Positions 56,186-60,357 of a stretch of DNA of 60,357 bases are shown here, in pieces. Where the stretch lies: positions 1-60,357 of the forward strand of contig CAIWAN010000083.1 of NCBI GenBank assembly GCA_903910705.1, in the 5' to 3' direction. A program made the position numbers and the translations under genes. Origin of the DNA: an uncultured Candidatus Marinamargulisbacteria bacterium. GTDB lineage: Bacteria; Margulisbacteria; Riflemargulisbacteria; GWF2-35-9. Positions within the stretch are counted from its first letter, which is position 1. Every line of letters begins with the position of its first letter. The notes under the pieces were generated by a model. It had not been told where the DNA came from. It saw nothing but the letters and a program-made list of their open reading frames with translations, and did no database searches.

Positions 56186-57255
56186 ACACTCGTCAGAAGA
56201 TCTATATCGCTGGACATCGAGGACTTGTTGGTAGTGCGATCGTTCGCAAGTTCCTGTCCATGGGCTTTAACAACATTATCGCTCAGACACGCGAAGAACT
56301 CGATCTTCTTAATCAAGCTGGGGTAGACGCTTTTTTTGCAAAAGAAAAACCCGACATCGTCGTGTTGGCTGCCGCTAAAGTGGGGGGTATTCAAGCCAAT
56401 GATACGTTTCGAGCCGACTTTATCTATGAAAACCTGCAAATTCAAAACAATATCATTCATAACAGTTTTGTTTCAGGTGTCCAACGACTCTTGTTCTTGG
56501 GTAGCAGCTGCATCTATCCCAAACGTTGCCCCCAACCGATCAAAGAGGAATACTTGCTGACCGGCGATCTAGAACCGACCAATGAGCCCTACGCCATCGC
56601 CAAGATCGCAGGGCTTAAAATGTGCGAAAGTTACAATCGCCAATATGGAACACGATTCCTCTCCGTCATGCCTACCAATCTATACGGGCCCAACGATAAT
56701 TATAATCTTGAAACCTCTCATGTTCTTCCCGCCATGATCCGAAAGTTTACGCTGGGAGTTTTACTAGAGCGTCAGGATTTCAATGGAATTAAACAGAACT
56801 TCAAGATCAATCGCCTCTCAGAAAAAGGCACCTTTTTATCTCCGGTTGAGATCGATAAACTTTCAAAGTTTGATATCATTAATATTCTAAAAAATTATGG
56901 CATTGAGAAAGCGTTAACCCTCTGGGGAAGTGGAACACCCCGACGCGAATTTCTCCACGTCGATGATTTGGCCGAGGCCTGCGCCTTTCTTCTTTCTCAA
57001 AACGATGATGAACTGGATGCGGTTAAGGATCAACATCTGAATATTGGTGTCGGGAACGATATTTCCATAAAAGAACTCGCGGATATGATCAAAGAAATAT
57101 CTCAGTTCAAAGGCGATATTCATTGGGATGCCAGCAAACCGGATGGGACACCTCAAAAGTTGCTCGATGTCAGCCGAATCAATAAATACGGATGGCAAGC
57201 AAAAATTTCGCTAAAAGACGGTATATCTGCCTTATTTAATCAAAAATCACCCTAG
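56173..57255 (+). CDS. fcl: GDP-L-fucose synthase (GDP-4-keto-6-deoxy-D-mannose 3,5-epimerase/4-reductase)
   Basis: '[14 protein letters not shown]', '[12 protein letters not shown]', 'YAIAKIAG', '[11 protein letters not shown]'. Overlaps gmd by 13 nt. Confidence 0.9.
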   Translation: MGRLDTRQKIYIAGHRGLVGSAIVRKFLSMGFNNIIAQTREELDLLNQAGVDAFFAKEKPDIVVLAAAKVGGIQANDTFRADFIYENLQIQNNIIHNSFVSGVQRLLFLGSSCIYPKRCPQPIKEEYLLTGDLEPTNEPYAIAKIAGLKMCESYNRQYGTRFLSVMPTNLYGPNDNYNLETSHVLPAMIRKFTLGVLLERQDFNGIKQNFKINRLSEKGTFLSPVEIDKLSKFDIINILKNYGIEKALTLWGSGTPRREFLHVDDLAEACAFLLSQNDDELDAVKDQHLNIGVGNDISIKELADMIKEISQFKGDIHWDASKPDGTPQKLLDVSRINKYGWQAKISLKDGISALFNQKSP

Positions 57256-57312
57256 ATATTAAGCAAATTCCTTGCTATCATTAGTTTTATCAAACATTAG
57301 GAGGTTCCCGTT

Positions 57313-57585
57313 ATGAATAAAGCAGAATTAATTGGCGCGGTTGCAGAGGCTACGAAATTGACAAAGACAGATATCGGTACCGTTTTAGATTCTATCCTTG
57401 ATAGTATCGAAGCATCCTTAAAGTCTGGCAACGACGTTTCTCTCGTTGGGTTTGGTACATGGAACAAGAAAAGCCGTGCAGCACGTACAGGGCGTAATCC
57501 TCAAACCGGCGCAGCGATCAAAATTGCCGCAAAGAACACCGTTACTTTCAGTGCAGGTAAAGCGCTAAAAGATTCCGTCAACTAA
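57313..57585 (+). CDS. hup: HU-family DNA-binding protein
   Basis: 90 aa. 'MNKAELI...' and 'GFGTWNKKSRAARTGRNPQTGAAIKI' give the HU beta-arm motif. GGAGG RBS upstream. Confidence 0.92.
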   Translation: MNKAELIGAVAEATKLTKTDIGTVLDSILDSIEASLKSGNDVSLVGFGTWNKKSRAARTGRNPQTGAAIKIAAKNTVTFSAGKALKDSVN

Positions 57586-57595
57586 GATTCCTTAA

Positions 57596-57621
57596 GCTGG
57601 GGGACGTCACTGTCCTCCAGC
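57596..57621. terminator. hairpin between convergent hup and tex (possible bidirectional terminator)
   Basis: GCTGGGGGA-cgtcactg-TCCTCCAGC, a 9-bp stem with one G-U pair. No clear U-tract on either side. Confidence 0.3.
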
Positions 57622-57626
57622 GTTCT

Positions 57627-59780
57627 CTACATTTTCTTTAAACTAATTCGCTTCCTCGTTATATCAAGATCTAGGACTTTAACCGAAACACTCTCCCCTA
57701 CCGAAACAACAGTTGTGGGGTCTTTGACAAAGGTGTCGCTCAACTGCGAGATATGAATGAGCCCATCTTGATGAACACCGATATCGACAAAAGCACCAAA
57801 GTTGGTCACATTCGTCACAATACCGTTAAGGATCATCCCCTCTTTTAGGTCTTTGATTGCATTAATATCCTCTCGAAAAGCAGCGTACTTAAACTCCGCA
57901 CGCGGGTCTCGTCCGGGTTTGCTCATTTCAACAACGATATCCTTTAAGGTCGGCAAACCGACCAATGCGGTCATAAAATCAGAAAGATGAAGCTGGGCAA
58001 GTGATTCAGGACGTTGGATAAGTGCCTCTACGGTCATATCAAGCGCTGAAGCCATTTGTTTGACAACAGGATATGATTCAGGGTGGATCGCTGTATTGTC
58101 GAGCGGATTCGTGCTTTGGCGGATTCTCAAAAACCCTGCACATTGCTCAAACGCTTTAGCGCCGAGCTTGGGAACCTTTTTTAACTGTGTCCGATTCGTA
58201 AAGGCGCCGATCTCATGACGGAAAGCCACGATATTCTTGGCGAGTGTTGGTCCGATACCCGAAACATGTGACAACAGAGAAAACGAAGCGGTGTTGAGGT
58301 CAACGCCCACATGGTTGACGCATTGCTCGACCATAAAATCGAGAGACACTTTTAAATGGCCTTGGTCAACATCATGCTGATATTGCCCGACCCCAATGGA
58401 TTTCGGATCGATCTTGATCAATTCCGCAAGCGGGTCTTGAAGCCGGCGAGCGATGCTAATGGCGCCTCGGATGGTCAGATCAAGGTTGGGGAATTCCTCT
58501 CGGGCGACATCGGAAGCAGAATAAATGGAGGCGCCCGATTCATTAACCAGAACAGCACGAGCAGTCAGTTGATGGTTGGATATCACTGATTTGATAAAAA
58601 GGTCGGTTTCTTTGGATGCGGTTCCATTACCGATCGCGACATATTTGATGTCATATTTGGCAAAGAGCTTCATGATATCGACAGCGGACTTTACCGGATC
58701 TTGCGTTGGGTAGATCGTCACGGTCTCTTTAAACGTCCCTGTTTCATCAATAATGGCACATTTACAGCCGGTTCTAAACCCTGGATCAACCCCTAAGATA
58801 GTCGCTGCGCCAACGGGAGCGGCCATGAGTAGATTCTTCAAGTTCCCCGAGAAAACAGCGATGGATTCTTTTTCAGCCTCAGCGATCTTTACGTTAAAAC
58901 ACTCATTTTCGATCGAAGGAAAGATCAATCGTTTAAAGCTGTCTTCGATAGCTGCTACGAGCTCTTTTTCAAAAGGAGCCTGCTTATGTGGAAGAACGCG
59001 AGTAGTCAAGAAATCCAGACATTTTCCGGTATCGATCTCAAGGCTCCAATGGATGACTTTCTCGGCTGCCGCTCTTCGTATGGCAAGGATGCGATGAGCT
59101 GGCGAATTTTGAAGACGCCCACTGAATTGATAATACATTTCGTATTTAGAAGGTTTATCCTTCCACTCTTTGGTCACGGTTGAGATCAGCACCCCTTGCG
59201 TTTGCGTTAACTGACGAACAAACAAGCGATAGTGAGCATCGCTAGAGACATGCTGCGCGATGATATCTTTTGCGCCTAAAAGCGCATCCTCGATCGTCTT
59301 GATCTTGTCGTCGTTGAGAAACGTTTTAAGCAACGCGTCTTTGCTTACAGGAAGCGGTTTCCCCGATAACATTAGATCCGCTAAAGGCTGCAACCCTTGA
59401 GCAATAGCCCGATCAGCACGGGTGGTTTTGTGGGGTTTGTAGGGTAAATAGATGTCTTCTAAGATCAGTCGATCGGTGCAGTTATCAATTTGATCTTGAA
59501 GCTCGGGGGTTAATTTCCCTAGCTCCGCTAAGGTCTTAAAGATGGTTGCCTTGCGGATGGCCATTTCTTTGAGCTCTTCGAACCGTTGTTTGATCTTTTG
59601 GATCTGGACTTCATCCAAATTCCCAGTACGTTCTTTTCGATAACGCGCGATAAAGGGAATCGTCGCCCCCTCATCAAGCAATGCTAAGACCTGCTTAACA
59701 TTTTGAAGTGCTAATGCCTGCTCTTTTGAAATGATGAGATCGATAGACACAATGCGATTATAGCATCGAAAAGAACTCAT
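57627..59780 (-). CDS. tex: transcription accessory protein Tex (S1-domain RNA-binding protein)
   Basis: 'LLDEGATIPFIARYRKERTGNLDE' Tex N-terminus, a YqgF/RuvC-like centre, HhH, and a C-terminal S1 domain 'GMILNGIVTNVTNFGAFVDIGVHQDGLIHISQL'. At 717 aa from Met115 of the ORF, this is a normal full-length Tex. Confidence 0.9.
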   Translation of the reverse strand: MSSFRCYNRIVSIDLIISKEQALALQNVKQVLALLDEGATIPFIARYRKERTGNLDEVQIQKIKQRFEELKEMAIRKATIFKTLAELGKLTPELQDQIDNCTDRLILEDIYLPYKPHKTTRADRAIAQGLQPLADLMLSGKPLPVSKDALLKTFLNDDKIKTIEDALLGAKDIIAQHVSSDAHYRLFVRQLTQTQGVLISTVTKEWKDKPSKYEMYYQFSGRLQNSPAHRILAIRRAAAEKVIHWSLEIDTGKCLDFLTTRVLPHKQAPFEKELVAAIEDSFKRLIFPSIENECFNVKIAEAEKESIAVFSGNLKNLLMAAPVGAATILGVDPGFRTGCKCAIIDETGTFKETVTIYPTQDPVKSAVDIMKLFAKYDIKYVAIGNGTASKETDLFIKSVISNHQLTARAVLVNESGASIYSASDVAREEFPNLDLTIRGAISIARRLQDPLAELIKIDPKSIGVGQYQHDVDQGHLKVSLDFMVEQCVNHVGVDLNTASFSLLSHVSGIGPTLAKNIVAFRHEIGAFTNRTQLKKVPKLGAKAFEQCAGFLRIRQSTNPLDNTAIHPESYPVVKQMASALDMTVEALIQRPESLAQLHLSDFMTALVGLPTLKDIVVEMSKPGRDPRAEFKYAAFREDINAIKDLKEGMILNGIVTNVTNFGAFVDIGVHQDGLIHISQLSDTFVKDPTTVVSVGESVSVKVLDLDITRKRISLKKM

Positions 59781-60122
59781 CGAAAAAACTCGTGAGTTAT
59801 CCTGAAAAAGAACGGGCATTGAAACGGGGGCATAAAAGGGCTCGATCTTATGGCAAAGCGAGATTAATTCCTTCTGAATCTTGTCGAGTTGATTTTCAGG
59901 AATCCCTTCTGGGGGCAAAACAGGGCGACCATCGGCTTCACCCACACCAATAATGATATAGCCACCGCCCCAATTATTGATATCATTAGCGAAAGCACAA
60001 AGGGTATGAAGCACGTCTTCAGGATTCCATCCCAATTTAAACTCTAATCGATCCCATTCGATGGCTTTACCGTGAATCAGTTGGTTAATGTTAACAGGGA
60101 GGCTCATACCGCTATCTACCAC
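59781..60122 (-). other. in-frame 114-codon N-terminal extension of tex encoding a truncated AlbA_2/Schlafen-type domain
   Basis: 'WDRLEFKLGW...LCAFANDINNWGGGYIIIGVGEADG' matches the AlbA_2 pattern. The domain stops short of its usual C-terminal strands and runs without a stop codon into the Tex N-terminus. Confidence 0.5.
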
Positions 60123-60357
60123 CTTTTATCAATAATTGACAAATGACTATCTCGCAATCCCTTGCGATGAGCGATGATTTGCCTTTCATATGAGAAAATA
60201 TATTCATAAGAAAGTCCGGGCGCATAAAATTTAGTCGGGTAGATGAGTAAAACCGGAGAGCTAAATGGGCTTGAGCGCAGACAAACAACGAGATAAAAGC
60301 ACTTGACAGCGGGCAAAGGCCCCCAAAATTTTTTAGGGGTAAATCACATACCTCTAA

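Noticed and set aside
60116-60316. 66-aa minus-strand ORF at the window edge, upstream of the tex ORF, and the small hairpin TCGCAA-tccc-TTGCGA (60152..60167).
   Set aside because: The ORF has no motif, overlaps the tex-ORF start and sits at the window boundary. The 6-bp hairpin is too small to interpret.
1-60357. Looked across the whole window for CRISPR arrays, IS elements or transposases, integrases, phage structural genes, toxin-antitoxin pairs and rRNA.
   Set aside because: I recognised none. The only repeats seen are the tRNA-Glu 3' duplication, the hairpin repeats at 50.34-50.56 kb and the protein-level Fn3-like array.

Overview
This is a chromosomal window from a diderm (Gram-negative-type) bacterium of moderate GC. 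It is densely coded, with about 55 CDS and 3 tRNAs. I saw no rRNA, CRISPR array, transposase or integrase. Recognisable housekeeping content, in order:
- argJ with a divergent aconitase-family (LeuC/LeuD-like) pair, then a patatin-like lipase.
- tRNA-Lys, glutaredoxin, a membrane-anchored GH5 glycosidase, mtnP and hldE.
- A MoxR/DUF58/BatA-BatB-BatD-BatE aerotolerance-type operon.
- A five-gene MacB-type ABC / LolA-like / outer-membrane operon.
- tadA, nnr, tRNA-Val, tRNA-Glu, cysE and ettA.
- A livJHMGF-type amino-acid ABC operon, then thiC-thiL.
- hup and tex.

Findings, most notable first:
1. The most unusual locus is 49.4-57.3 kb. An EarP-type EF-P arginine glycosyltransferase and an Arg32 EF-P are separated by a four-gene glycosyltransferase/SDR cassette that includes a GT10 fucosyltransferase-like gene. 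efp is translationally coupled to gmd-fcl (GDP-L-fucose synthesis). No dTDP-rhamnose genes are visible.
2. A 46-nt double-hairpin repeat lies after earP, with compensatory base changes between its copies.
3. An AlbA_2/Schlafen-type fragment is fused in frame to tex.
4. A 24-bp duplication of the tRNA-Glu 3' end looks like an att-site scar.
5. The LeuCD-like pair coupled to argJ has lost the Fe-S ligand motifs.
6. A three-gene envelope operon encodes a 9x Fn3-like giant protein, a FecR-domain protein and a barrel protein.
7. An AT-rich block carries an acyltransferase, a HAD-like gene and a 7TM kinase.

All calls rest on reading the ORF translations and the DNA by eye. No database search was run.
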